Shown here: in pieces, positions 26,490 to 40,253 of the stretch
Layout: every line of letters begins with the position of its first letter
Numbering within the stretch: position 1 is the stretch's first letter
From: Octopus sinensis
Lineage: Eukaryota
NCBI RefSeq assembly: GCF_006345805.1
Contig: NC_042998.1
Location: forward strand, 92,752,001-92,816,000
Length of the DNA: 64,000 nucleotides
Direction of reading: 5' to 3'
Notes under the pieces: model-generated
Seen by the model: the letters and a program-made list of their open reading frames with translations, nothing else
Databases searched by the model: none
Told to the model about the DNA's origin: nothing
Program-made: the position numbers and the translations under genes

Positions 26490-27498
26490 CATTTAACGTC
26501 TGTTGTCCATGCTGGCATGGGTTGGATGGATTGACCAGGGCTTCACCAGACCCCAGTCTGATTTGGTATACTAATCCTTAGTATACCTCTATTTGTACCT
26601 TGAATTCTTTGCTGTACTTGTTGCTAACCTTCACCTTACTGGTAGTGTCACTGTACATGGCTCTCACCAGCCACTCATCTTTCCCTAGTTTCCGCATTGA
26701 CCACCAAATAAGGGACTGGGGGACCCTGTCAAAGGTTTTGTTCAAATCAACAAAAGCCAAGTGCAGAGGTTTATCTTTGGCTATGCATTTCTCCTGCAGT
26801 TACTTTATCAGAAATATAGCATCAGTGGTGTTTTTCTCTGGCACAGAATCAAACTGTATCTTATCTAGACTAACTCTCTCCCTAATTAGTTGGGCTATGA
26901 CTCTCTCTGTAACTTTCATCACCTAATCCAACAATTTGATACCTCTGTAATTATTTCTATTTAAGGCATCACTTTTACTTTTCTAGCAGCTGCTACACCA
27001 GCTATTGAGTATGACTCCTTCATGAACCACCTGCTTTACAATATAGATAACTAAACCATAAGCCACACCACCATATATTTTAAGCATCTCAGCAGTGATT
27101 CCTGATGAGCCAAGGGCTTATCCTGCCTTCATATCCTTAATTGCTTTATCTACCAAGGTGTTGTCAATTCAGATAACTGGTCTCTCAATTGGGTCAACAT
27201 TTGGCAGACTCTCCTCCTCCCATTCATTTTCCATTTTCAACAGTCTTTCATAATGGCATCTCCAAGCCTCTTTCTTTGCAGAATCCTTAAATGCAAGCGT
27301 GACGTTATCCATGCGAACACATTTCTCTTTTATGACATCACACACAGCCTTGCAATCTCAAACACTTCAAGTCTCTGGTCCTCACATTGTTGAACATAGG
27401 CAAACTTCTTTTCTGCTTCTCTCTTGACTAGATATACCTGTCTCCTAGCTTCCCATCTTGCTATCTGATACAGTTCCCTGCTACCCCCAATCTTCCAG

Positions 27499-27500
<2 letters not shown>
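26490..27500 (-). pseudogene. RTE-clade LINE RT fragment
   Basis: MAFVDLNKTFDRVPQSLIWWSMRKLG, a GSSGITAEMLK-like segment and NYRGIKLLD*VMKV. A family-E 3' end lies adjacent. Confidence 0.8.
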
Positions 27501-27544
<44 letters not shown>

Positions 27545-27903
27545 GTGCCTGTCAAATCTTATGTCCCTGTGGCTTTACTTCCACCCATGCCAGCTTAATT
27601 TAATTTGTCCTTAGTGAAAAGACATCTGTTGTTATGTCCTGTTATTTGCATTTGTATTTGTGTAACATTTCTCCGTTTTTTCCGTCCTTGATTTTGTATA
27701 CATTCACTGCTTTTTTCTAAGGAATCTACTGCTCTTAGTTTTTCCTTGAAGCTGGCAAGACTGGAGCAATCTCAAGTATAACCAACCGAAATTGCAAAGA
27801 TAATCTGGAACTCGACTGAGGAAAAAACTCCAAATGTCCCATCCTTGTTTTCTTTGTATCGTCTGTCTGGATGTTTTGCGTTCTGGTCCCATTTTTGTAT
27901 ATA

Positions 27904-27941
<38 letters not shown>

Positions 27942-28220
27942 CACATACATAGATATATGTGTATGTAGATATAAATATGTATATGGGGGGGTGTATTTGT
28001 GTGTGTATATATATATATGTCCGACCTTCGCCATGATAGATCGCTAGCCACTACACATTCTTTATTTTCTCTCCTTGTTTCTTTCTGTGTTCTTTTCTGT
28101 GGGAGAGCATAGGCTCGAAACATTAAAGACTTTTGCACTTCCAAAGCATTAAACTAATACATCTGTTTGTTGTCTACACCATCTGACTTCGTCTTTTGCT
28201 TTTTGTGAATTTTCCCCTCT
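27545..28220 (+). repeat. PLE-terminus-like repeat with variant hammerhead-like hairpin (28091-28129)
   Basis: gagc-atag-gctc-GAAAC hairpin preceded by a variant core ctgtggga. The distal part (about 28165-28217) matches about 13113-13170 in reverse. PLE assignment is inference. Confidence 0.45.
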
Positions 28221-28371
28221 ACGCACACACACACACACACACACATATATATAGAGAGATAGTTTACAATTTATAGGAAAAATCCAGGGGAATAATTACA
28301 AGGTAGCTAAATGTTGCTTAAGTGCTCCAGGATTTAATTCCAGGATAGTAAATCATATTTAGTAGAAAATG

Positions 28372-30217
28372 GGAAAATTGAATAAGGAGATGAATGCTTG
28401 GGATGTTGTTAAACCATTTATATCTTGAATTCTTTGACATATGTTTCAACAGATGCACTCCAAAAATGTCAAAGAGAATAAATTATGGTCAGCAATGTAT
28501 CAGTCTCATCAGGAATGATATAAATAACAAACTCATCAAATAGAGATGTTAACAGAAATAGAAAGGTCTATAAAATGTAACGTATTATATTCATATGCAC
28601 ACATGCATACACACACACTCAAATATATGATGTGTAAATGTAAACATTATATACATATAAAAAAGACAAACGTATACAAACACATATACATACACATGCA
28701 CTAATATACATACACATAAATATATACATATATATATACACATATATATATATATATACATTTACATATAAACATATACCTAAATATATACATATACATA
28801 CACACAAACACACATACATACATATTCAAATACATACATAAGCAGAAATATACTCATAGACATATGCATGTATATCTACACATATACTTGTACATATTCT
28901 TGCAGAAATGGCATAGAAATATACTTATGCTAAAATATATGTTTACAGTCACATGCCTATACACATAAACAAACGATCATATACATACACGAGAACATAC
29001 ACATCCCAAAACACTGATAGAGCCAAACACATAATTGTATACACATACACACACTTGCTTAAGCACATGTACGTTATTGTTCATTCACAAAATACTTACA
29101 TACGAACAAGGGCACTAGGAATTTAAAATGATGTTATTGAAATAAACCAGATATTGTGAGGGACGGAGAAGATGTATAGAAAGATTGGGAGGGGGAAAGA
29201 AAGGAAGGATAAAACAAAGTAAAAAACAGAGAGAGAGAGAGAGAGAAGGGGGAGATGAATGGACAAAATGTAAATATAAAAAAATGCATGAAAAGAAAGG
29301 AAAGAAGGGGAGAGGGAAAAATAAAAGAAAATTTGCACAAAGTATTATTAGGTTATGGGAGTTCACACACTTACAGAAGGGCACACCTATCCCAAAATAT
29401 CAACAGACACAAACACATACACACATTTACTGAGCACATATACATTATTGTGCACACTGAAAATATACACATGTACGATAACAAAAACTGGTAAATACAC
29501 ACATATATGGAAAGCCAGGTAGTAAGGAAGCTCTATAAATTTTAAATGGTTTTAAGGAAATAAACTAGATTGAGTGAGAGAAGGAGAAAAGAAATAGAAA
29601 GATAAGGAAGGAAAAAGAAACCAGAGGTAAAAAGCGAGAGTGAAGAGGAACGGAACAGGCGAATTGTATACATGTAAAAGCATAAAAGAAAAGTAAAGAA
29701 GGGGGAGTAAAGGTTATGAGAAGTAAGATGGAAAACTAAAGAAAAGAAAATTTACAGAAAATATTATTAGGTTATGAGTGGATATTATTTGAAAGAACTA
29801 AAAGAGTGTTTTTTCCAATGAATACATTTGTAAATACTCTCTGTAAATGTGTTTGCCAATTTATGTTTAGAGAAGAGAATAAAATACTGCTCTTCCATGC
29901 ATAAAGGACAGAAAGATTTTCCTTTATCATGAGGAAAAATCTAGAAAGAATTTTCTATTCTAAAGAAAAAGATTTGCTTGAGTCCTTGAAGTCCCAGATT
30001 AGTTTATTGAGTCCTGTAGGACTTTCTATTTCTGTTAACATGTCTGTTTGATGAGTTTGTTATTAATATCATTCCCAATGAGACTGATGTATTGCTGACC
30101 ATAATTTATCCTGTCAGACATTTCTGGAGTGCATACGTTGAAACATATGTAGAAGAATTCAAGATATAAATGGTTTAACAACATCCCAAGCATTAGTGTC
30201 CTTATTCAATTTTCCTT
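28372..30217. repeat. Fold-back element 3: about 200-bp inverted arms (28372-28571 / 30015-30217) around about 1.4 kb of low-complexity spacer, with a hammerhead-like motif in each arm
   Basis: e.g. gcttgggatgttgttaaaccatttatatcttgaattc vs gaattcaagatataaatggtttaacaacatcccaagc. Confidence 0.85.
28431..28517 (-). ncRNA. Type-I hammerhead-like motif (left arm of fold-back 3)
   Basis: cauuc CUGAUGA gacugau...[long stem II]...aucuguu GAAAC auau GUC aaaga. Core intact, palindromic stem III (ACAUAUGU), first stem-I pair mismatched. Confidence 0.6.
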
Positions 30218-30347
30218 TTGGTGTTAAAAAGGGCATCAAGCTGTACATACTCTGCCAGGTCAGACTGGAGTCTGGTGCAACCTTCTGGCCTGCCAGCCCT
30301 CAGTCAAGCCATCCAACCCATACCAGCATGGAAAGCGGACATTAAAC

Positions 30348-30378
<31 letters not shown>

Positions 30379-30426
30379 CTGATGATATATATATATATAT
30401 ATATATCTACACATACACTTATATAG

Positions 30427-30469
<43 letters not shown>

Positions 30470-30541
30470 ATATATATATACATATATACACACATACACT
30501 TTTATACAAATATATATATATATACACACATACACTTATAT

Positions 30542-30590
<49 letters not shown>

Positions 30591-30699
30591 ATGATGTAAT
30601 ACACATGTATAAATATATTTGTATATATCATTTATCTTTCTACCTTGTAGAAATTTTTTTGTCAAAGGAATCGACCCTAGTATTTAATTATTTTTTTAA

Positions 30700-31176
30700 G
30701 CCTTGTACTTATGTCATTGATCTCTTTAGCTGAACTGCTAAGTTACAAAAATGTAAACACACCAACACCTGTTGTCAAGAGATAGTGGGGGAGAAAGGCA
30801 GACATAAATACACACACAACAGGCTTCTTTCAGATTCTGTCTACCAAATCCGCTCACAAAGCTGTGGTTGGCCTGGGGCTATAGAAGATACTTGCCCATG
30901 GTACCACACAGTGGGACTAAACCCAGAACCATGTGACTAGAATGCAAACTTCTTACCACACAGCCACATCTGTGCCTAGACTCTTTTACTTGTTTCCGTC
31001 ATTTGACTGCGGCCATGCTGAAGCACCACCTTTAGTCAAGCAAATTGACCCCAGGACTTATTCTTTGGAGGCCTAGTACTTATTCTATCGGTTTCTTGCT
31101 GAACCGCTAAGTTACAGGGATGTAAACACACCAGCATCGGTTGTCAACCAACATTGGGGGGACAAACACAGACACA

Positions 31177-31213
<37 letters not shown>

Positions 31214-31385
31214 ATATATATACAATGGGCTTCTTTCAGTTTCCATCTACCAAATCCACTCACAAGGCTTTGGTTGGCCCGAGGCTATAGTAGAAGACAC
31301 TTGCCCAAGGTGTCATGCAGTGGGACTGAACCCAGAACCATGTGGTTCGTAAGCAAGCTACTTACCAAACAGTGACATCTGTGCC
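30700..31385 (-). mobile_element. Two adjacent SINE-A copies (about 30700-30975, about 30980-31385)
   Basis: Reverse complement of the family consensus; the second is near full length. Confidence 0.8.
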
Positions 31386-32244
31386 TATATAGACAAAGAA
31401 TAGAAAAGTATTATATATGACATTGTATCATTTATAAAAGATCTCACATAAACATAGATGTTTATGTAACATCGTTTATTAATGATAAAATGCCATATAA
31501 AAATGTTTGCTCATTTTTTTTCGTCTCTTTAGTTCACACTAAAGTTATACATTGTTTATAATTCTTTGAGATTATTCTTACTAAGATTAGGATGTTGGAT
31601 TTTAAGAATCTAGGTAGTCTGTGGTCTAATCCGGTGTTTGTCTATTACACACTTATGCTATTATCTTCTCACCCATTGAGCATATATAAATGTGTGCGTA
31701 TGTGTGTGCATGTGTATTTATATGTAAATAAATATTTATTTATGTGTGTGTGTGTCTTTATGTCTGCTTTTCCATGATAGTATAGGTTAGGTAGATATAT
31801 ATTAGCAAAGCTTTGTTTTGAAAAAAAACAATGCTAACCTGCACTAGTTTTTCAAGATCTCTTATACTACATGATTTTGAAAGGACAGTCTGCAAACAAT
31901 TTGCTTGACAACAGACTATATGCACGCACACACACACACACCACACACACACACACACGCGCACACACACACGCACATACATGTATGTATGAATATATAC
32001 ATACACATACATACATTTATACACACACACATATAAAATGGTGTACATTTAAACACAAGAGAAAACTGCCTTCAACGGGCAGTTTTTACACGCTAGAAGA
32101 AGCAGTCAATATATATGTAAATGAAAAATGCATTAAATATTATAAAATGTACATGTACAACAGCCACAGAAGGACCCTAATTTCTTCATTAGTTATCAAC
32201 CAAAATACTAATACTCAGTTTCATACCTTTATATATGTATATTT

Positions 32245-32460
32245 GGGCAGTGAGCTGGCAGAATCGTTAGCACACTGGGCAAAATGCTTAGCGGTATTTC
32301 GTCTACTTTCACGTTCTGCGTTCAAACTCCACTGAGGTCACCTTTGCCTTTCGTCCTTTCAAGGTCAATTAGATAAATACCAGTTAAGCACTGGGGTCGA
32401 TGTAATCGACTTAATTCCTTTGTTTGTCCCCTTTATGTTTAGATCCCTGTGGGTATTAAA
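32245..32460 (+). mobile_element. tRNA-derived SINE family C
   Basis: gagctggcagaatcgttagcacactgggcaaaatgcttagcggtatttcgtc...gcgttcaaactcc. Confidence 0.85.
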
Positions 32461-32489
32461 GAAATATATATATATATATATATGTATAT

Positions 32490-32640
32490 ACTAAAAGTAT
32501 AACAGTTTCTGCTTCTCTCATCAAAGAAGCTGCAAACTATCTCTGTTAAAAGCTGGATAATATCTCTTCTTCTCTTCTCCAACTTACAGAAGTTCAAATA
32601 AAATGACTGTTTCAGTTTCAACCTTCCTAGTTGAGGTGTT
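32490..32640 (-). pseudogene. Short CR1/L2-like LINE C-terminal remnant
   Basis: KLEKRRRDIIQL resembles the LERRR..DLI motif near the ORF2 C-terminus. Confidence 0.4.
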
Positions 32641-32879
32641 GCAAAGACCCTCCTTCTCTGTCCAAATTTTAATTTTTAATACCGGCACAAAACCAGAAAT
32701 TTCAAGAGAAGGTTTCGTCAATAACATCAAATCCAGTACTTGACAAGTGCTTTATTTTAATAAGGATGACAAGCAATGTTGATCTATCTTGGCAGTACTA
32801 AACTCAGAATATAACAAATACAGTAAGATATTTTTTGTCTGATGTTCTATCAATTCTGCCAGTCCATCACCTTTCTTTG

Positions 32880-32966
<87 letters not shown>

Positions 32967-34524
32967 AATTGTGATATTTGTAATCAATATAATATAATAT
33001 ATATAACATATATAATGTAATGCTTCAAATGATCTTAATATTTTCTTGCTTCAACTTATTTTAATATTTTATATGTGTTTGTATTTATTGTTTTATCTGT
33101 TCCTCTTTCACAGATTTTTCTCTTTTGTCTTGTCTGATGTAGATGTACAAAAAAAAAAAAAGAACAGTAGACAGTTGAAGGTGTTTTACAGTTCTCTTTT
33201 ATGAAAAGGAAAGTATTTTTATTGCTAGATTATCATACCAAAAGGAAACACGGAAAAATCTCATTGATTAAAGAACAGAAAGTCTGGCAGGAGCCACTAA
33301 TGTTTGTCCTATACACATTATGTGGGTTTTAACGAGGAGGGGTAACTGATAGAAGGTCATTGAAAGTTTAAAAACCTTGCTGGTTTTTCAAAGATATCAG
33401 CATTTATGAGGTAAATGTTTTTTACTGAGTTAACAGACAATCCTTTCATCATCCTATGGTATTCTATTCCTACTCAATGTTCTAGTTCAGAACCAGTATT
33501 TCTAAAACAGAGTTTCATTGCTCTTAGCCATTATGCAATTATCCAGTAGAACAATTAATAATCAAATTGGTGGTAGTAGTGATGGTGGTGGGGTTATTGA
33601 TTGTTTATCTATAGAGACATATTTCAAAATAAATATTATTTTTTAATTATATACTTAATAAAATAGCATTTAATATGGATATTAATAAGTCATTTTAATA
33701 GAAATATTTCCACCTTTTATATGAACTCCATTTTAGTGCCATGATTTATATTTATATTTAGGAATCATCTTTCAATAAGCAGACATTTTGAAATTAATTT
33801 TATGTATTGTCTCAATAAATCAAACTTAAAGTTTGATTTATTGAGGGATCAAAAATAATTTACACATACTTCCTATTTCACCTCATTGAATGTGGTTTAA
33901 TTATATTTGAATCCAAGAAGAAATTAACCATAAAGTTGTATGAACATGGTTTTTTTTACCCTTATTTCATTGCAGTGGTAATATTTGAAAATACAAAAGC
34001 CTGGAATTTTCAGAATATGATTTGTAGAACTTATGAAGAGTAATCACTTACAGAACTGTCGCTATACCTGATTGTTCAGGGAGTAATTAAAGCTTGAATC
34101 ATCATTGTCATCGTCTGAACAGGGAAAAAGGAAAGGGAAAATCTCTCACCACTAAGAGGAAGAATTTTTGAGGTAGCTAGCATTATATCAGGTGTTGAAA
34201 GGCTGAAGTATTATAGAGAGACAAGCATGGGTGTCTTGCAATAGAGAAGATACATGACTGAAAAAGATAAAAGGAAGGTAATGATGGAATGCAAGAGTAA
34301 ACACTCAAGGAACAAGGTGGGCATAAGAGAAATTACAGACAGTAGATCATGGGAGGTGATGAGAGAGTGGATTCTCCCATAAGAATGTGAAGGTGGAAGT
34401 TGTTTGGAACATAATTTCATGTGAAATTTTCTTGGAAGGCTTTAATTTCAGTCAATTTGAAACAGGGTTGGTATCAAAATGGTTAAATGCAGGACTGAAT
34501 ATTCTGGAAGACAATCATCTAATT

Positions 34525-34864
34525 CAGTGGTTCTCATCTGAAGTCCATATGATCCCTGGTGGTCTATATAAAATTTTTGAGAGGTCCACATAAAGAAAAT
34601 AGTAAATTAGTTCCACAATAGTATTTTAAGGGTCAATGAAAAGTTTTTTACTTTAGATGTATTTGTGGAAAGAAACAGCTAAATTTCTTTCTCTAACATT
34701 TGACACAGTTCAACCTACACAAGTTAATGTGTGAGAAACAAAATAAGAATTTTGAAAGAAGTATCTATAAAACTAGTTTTTAAACTTTGAATGGCTATGG
34801 GGGTACACCAGAGTAAAATACTAGTGAAAGGGGTCTATCGATAAAAAGTGGTTGAGGATCACTG
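34525..34864. mobile_element. hAT/Charlie-type MITE
   Basis: cagtggttctca ... ttgaggatcactg termini; homologous to 23614-23966 in reverse. Confidence 0.75.
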
Positions 34865-34879
34865 GTCTAGATCAAGGAA

Positions 34880-35215
34880 AAGACCTCCTTCGGTCATGAA
34901 TGACCATGGCATTGTACCTACAAAGTTACCCTCTGAGGCACAAGTCTGGGCAAGGTTGTTTTATGGAAGACCAGTAATCATCCATGCATATCAGCCTCCC
35001 CTCTGTATGCCACTGATGCTATCCAAAAGAAAAGCAAAGGCCAATACAGCTTGACACCAGTGATGTTGCAACTCGTTTCTACAGCTGACTGAACTGAAGC
35101 AACTTAAAATAAAGTGTCTTGCTCAAGAACACAACACACAGCTTGGTCCAGGAATCAAACTCATTTCCTCATGATTGTGAGCTCAATGCTCTAACCACTA
35201 AGCCATGTTCCTTCA
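34880..35215. mobile_element. Interspersed repeat family F (opposite-orientation copy at 42160-42375)
   Basis: ccttcggtcatgaatgaccatgg...aagttaccctc..aggcacaagtctgggcaagg is the reverse complement of 42300-42370. Confidence 0.65.
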
Positions 35216-35924
35216 CAGATCAAGGACTATAGGAAATAGTAATTTATCTGCAGATGACAAACTGACAGAACCATTACATAGTGTTTGTTCTAACGCTCTG
35301 TGTTCTGAGATCAAATACTATCAAGATCAATTTTGCCTTTCATCTTTTTGGCTTGATTAAAGTTAGCAACAATCCAGGGAATCAGATTGGTGGAATTATA
35401 AAAATGTTGGACCAAATGCCTTGCAGTATTTGTTTTAAGATCAAATTCTGCCTAGATGCCTAAAAGCCAAAAAAGCATCTTTACCAAGCCACAAGCCCAG
35501 CATAATGATTAAAGCAAATCTCCAAGGTAAAGACCAGCACCAATTTGATGGTACTGAGTGCAATTAAGAGACTGATTGCTCTAGCTAGAAAGACATGTAT
35601 GCAGAATGAACGAAATGAATTAAGCGAAAAGAGAAAAATGTCAGTTATAATTTCATACCATTTAGATTCACAATCGTCAAATGAACACAACTGGAGGATG
35701 ATAGTCACGGATTTATAAAGGTTCTGAACTATATGGATTTCAGAAAATTTAAAACTTTGTCTAAATTTACATATGCTTACAAAATAATTATATTGAGGAG
35801 GTTTTAACTTGTTACAATATTTTTACATATAAACTAAATATTCCAATGTAATAAAGTCTTTCTCAGCAAATAATATACCATTTTTGAATTGGGTATCAAA
35901 TATCCTCCTCCTCCTCTCTTTGTA

Positions 35925-36400
35925 AACTCAGTACTTATTCTATTGGTCTATTTTGCTGAACCGCTAAGTTATGGGGACATAAACACACCAACAATGGATG
36001 TCAAACGTTGGTAGGGAGGACAGACACAGACACACAAGTACATACAAATATATATATATATAAAATCAAAATAAGCAACAGGATATCAAGATGTGATGCA
36101 GTACAACCATATCAAACAGCTCCATTTAATTGAACAATGCAATCATTACATCAATTTAAACGCAATGCTATCATCAGTTGCACAAATAAATAGAATTTTT
36201 ACCAGTTGGACACATTAATATACATTTTCTCATATATGATGGGATTCTTTCAGTTTCTGTCTAACAAATCCGCTCATAAGGCTTTGGTTGGCCCCAGACT
36301 ATAGTAGAAGACACTTTCCCAATGTGCCATGCAGTAGGACTGAACCCATAACTATGTGGTTATGAAGCAAGCTTCTTACCACACAGCCACACCTGTGCCT
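35925..36400 (-). mobile_element. SINE-A copy interrupted by a foreign insert (about 36062-36230)
   Basis: SINE halves flank an unrelated segment that carries a degenerate hammerhead-like motif. Confidence 0.7.
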
Positions 36401-36659
36401 ACCAAAAACATTATATTATGTATACTACAGTATTTCATAGTGTTAACTTTTGTTAGAATTTGGCTAGAATTATGATTGTTTAAAAGACACTAAGGGTCAC
36501 AAACTTTTAGGGAATCTTAATGTATATCATAATGACAAGATAGGTTATAGAAATCTGAAGCAAGAGTTAATGGTTGAAAATTGAAACAAACAAAGTTAAT
36601 ATTGAATAGATATTCTGAAATTTTTAATGAAAGTTAATCAATTTTTAGAAGAATCTCTC

Positions 36660-36797
36660 ATACCCTCAAACACTCACTCACACATACATACACACACACA
36701 TGCATTCACACACATACACATTCATACATATATAGATAAATACATACATACATACATTTACGTACACATACAAATATATACATATACGTGCATACAT

Positions 36798-36840
<43 letters not shown>

Positions 36841-37085
36841 TATATACACATATATACATATATATACATATATATATATATATACATATATATGTATATG
36901 TATATATATCTATATACATATACATATATATATATATATATGTATATATATAAATACATATATATATATATATATAAACACATACATATATATATATATG
37001 TATATACACACATATACATACATATACATATATATTATATATGATATATATGTGTGTGTGTTTATCTGTCTATCTATCTATCTAC

Positions 37086-37131
<46 letters not shown>

Positions 37132-37135
37132 CTAT
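36660..37135. repeat. Compound (CA)/(TA)/(TATC)n microsatellite
   Basis: Direct reading. Confidence 0.95.
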
Positions 37136-38699
37136 CTACCCTTATTAATTAAACTTACACACACTTGCATGCATATAATTATACATATGTATTTATGTGT
37201 ATGATCCTTATTAATTAAAAACATGTAATTCTAAAATGATTCTTCATCCTGAAATTTAATTAATAGCCAACTTTTTCTTAAAATCCAATTAAGTAAATAT
37301 GCAGATAGTTTGTTATAAATTAGAAATACAGTGGGATTTTAATTGTTGTTGTCCAATTCCAGTTATTTACTGTTCAAGCAAACTTCAGATCAAATGCATG
37401 CCAACCATGATCCACCTGTCTTTTTCCTACAAAGAATCTGAAACTAAGTTGTCCAGCATGCTCTTTTTCTAGGGTGTGATTTAAAAGAAACTTGGCTGCT
37501 ATTTCTGGTTGATTGAGTAAATGGGTAACGGATTCATGATTACATTTTTTATATACCCAGGCCTATTTCCCATTTTTTTAAGAGTGGGTAGCCACAAGAC
37601 ACACACCAGGCATTCCATTCATTTCCCAGCTCAAAGAGGTGAGCGGAATTGTATGCTCAAAGAGGTGAGCCCCATTCTATTACATTTATATTAGTAATAT
37701 TTCTGCATTTCCTAAGGTAGTGTGCTGGTCAAAATGCTTAGAAACATTTCATCCATCTTTACATTCTGAATTCAAATGCCGCTGGGGTCAAAATTGCTTT
37801 TGATCATTTCCGGGTTGATAAAATAAGTACCAGTTGAACACTGGGATTAATGTAATTGGTTTACCCCTTACTCTGCAACTGCTGGCCCCTTGCCAAAATC
37901 GAAACCAGTATTCCCACATTTCATAACTATTGTTTTAAGATATTGTATAAAATCTAAGTTCAATTTAAATGAATATATATTTGTTAAAGTTTTTAAATCA
38001 ATATATATTTGCTAAAGTCAAAACAACATGACTACATGTGTGAAACTGAAGTAGTTTATCCAGGCAAAAAACAAGCTAGTCAAATTATGATAAACACTAG
38101 GCACAAGCTTGGCTGTGTGGTAAGAAGTTATCTTCCCAACCACATGGTTCCATGTTCAGTCCCACTGCACGGTATCATCATCGTTTAACATCCGTTTTCC
38201 ATGCTGGCATGGATTGGACAATTTGACTGAGGTCTGGAAAGCCAGTGGCTGTACCATGCTTCAATCTGATCTGGCAATGTTTCTACAGCTGGATGCCCTT
38301 CCTAATGCCAACCACTTGGAGAATGTAGTGGGTGCTTTTTACTTGCCACCAGCACAGGTGCCAGTCAGTCGGGCATGGCATCGATCATGTTCAGATAGTG
38401 CTTTTTACGTGCCACCAGCAAAAGAGCCAGTCAGGGGGCAATGGCATCAGCCATGTCTGAATGATGATTTTTATGTGACACTGGCGTCGGAACCAGTCAG
38501 GTGTGCCTGGCATCTATCATATATATGTAGTAATGATAACAATAATCCTTGAATGGAATTTATAAATATTTTAATTCATTACTATGTGATGGTTCACTAG
38601 TCAGCATCATTAGAGTGTAGCTGGCACAATGGAATGGGAACTCCATTTTTACATTAAAAACATTTCCTGTAAACAAAATTAAAAGATATACATACATAT

Positions 38700-39870
38700 C
38701 ATCACCATCGTTTAACATCCGCTTTCCATACTAGCATGGGTTGGATTATTTGACTGAGGACTGGCGAACCAGATGGCTGCACCAGGCTCCAAACTTAATC
38801 TGGCAATGTTTCTACAGCTTGATGCCCTTCCTAATGCCAACCACTCCATGAGTGTAGTGGGTGCTTTTACATTCCACCAGCACGGGGCCAGTCAGCCGGT
38901 ACTGGCAACGGCCATACTCAAATGGTGTTCTTTTATGTGCCACCTGCACAGGAGCCAGTCCAGTGGCACTGGCAATTACCTCACTTGAAAGTTTTTCAGG
39001 TGCCAGTAAGGCGACACTGGTAAGATCACGCTCAAATGGTGCTTTTTATGTGCTACCGGCATCGAAGCCAGTTAGCCCCTCTGGCAATGATCCCGTTCAG
39101 ATGGTGCTCTTAGCGCTCCACTAGCATGGATGCCAGTCATCGAATTTGATTTCGATTTCGATTTCACTTGCCTCAACAGGTCTTCACAACCAGAGTTTAG
39201 TGTCCAATGAAGGAAAAGGTACGCATAAGTGGGCTGGTTACACCACTGGCATAGGCTGCGAGGTTATGGTCTCATTTGGCTTGCCGAGTCTTCTCAAGCA
39301 CAGCATATTTCCAAAGGTCTTGGTCACTAGTCATTGCCGCGGTGAGGCCTAATGTTCGAAGGTTGTGCTTCACCACTTCATCCCAGGTCTTCATCGGTCT
39401 ACCTCTTCTACAGGTTCCCTCAACTGCTAGGGTGTGGCACTTTTTCCCACAGCTATCCTCATCCATTCTTGCCACATGACCATACCAGCGCAGTTGTCTC
39501 TCTTGCACACTACATCTGATGCTTCTTAGGTCCAACTTTTCTCTCAAGGTACTTACACTCTGTTGAGTATGCACACTGACATTACACATCCTTCGGATCA
39601 TACTGGCTTCATTCCTTGCGAGCTTATGCATGTCCTCAGCAATCCAGGCCCGTGTTTCACTGCCATGTAGCATGGCTTTTCATACACATGCGTCATACAG
39701 TTTGTCTTTCACTCTGAGCGAAAGGCCCTTTGTCACCAGCAGAGGTAAGAGCTCTCTGAAGTTTGCCCAGGTTATTCTTATTCTAGCAGCTACACTTTCA
39801 GCGCATCCTCCCCCACTACTGATGTGGTCACCTAGGTAATGGAAGATATCAACTGCCTCTTGTTTTTCTC
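38700..39870 (-). mobile_element. 5'-truncated RTE (BovB-like) LINE: RT C-terminus plus 3'UTR with about 50-bp internal repeats and (ATG)n-like tail
   Basis: YLGDHISSGGGCAESVAARIRITW and MLHGSETRAW...LRWYGHVARMDEDS...GRPMKTW are typical RTE C-terminal motifs. A 3'-end-only copy lies at 38175-38520. Confidence 0.9.
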
Positions 39871-40253
39871 CCTGGAATGTAGCGGAAGTTGTTCTCTCTC
39901 TCTCTCTCTCTCTCAATATATATATATACACTGTTGTGTCTGGGGAGAGTCACTCTCTTCTGGCGCCCTACAACTCAACACACTCACGGGTAAAACTCCC
40001 CCCATTCCTCCAAAACTCCTGCTGTGCCTCGCGACCCTTTCAATAGTTTTGAGAGTCAAAACCATTGAAAAGGTTGCAAGATGCAACAAAAATTTTAGAA
40101 AAATAAAAAAGAAATAACTGGAAACTCCACCGGTGAGCGTGTTAAACCACAAGGCACCAAAAGAGAATGACTCTCCCCAGACACAATAGTATATGCTTCA
40201 ACACACAAACTCACATAAAGAATTTTGCAAACCAAATCCCAAAACGAAATATA

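Noticed and set aside
27098-27125. CTGATGAG motif
   Set aside because: Part of RTE RT coding sequence on the opposite strand; no GAAA or stems.
38860-39140. About 50-bp repeated units resembling a CRISPR or minisatellite array
   Set aside because: Degenerate internal repeats of the RTE 3'UTR (also at 9300-9480 and 38330-38500). No constant repeat with unique spacers, and the context is eukaryotic.
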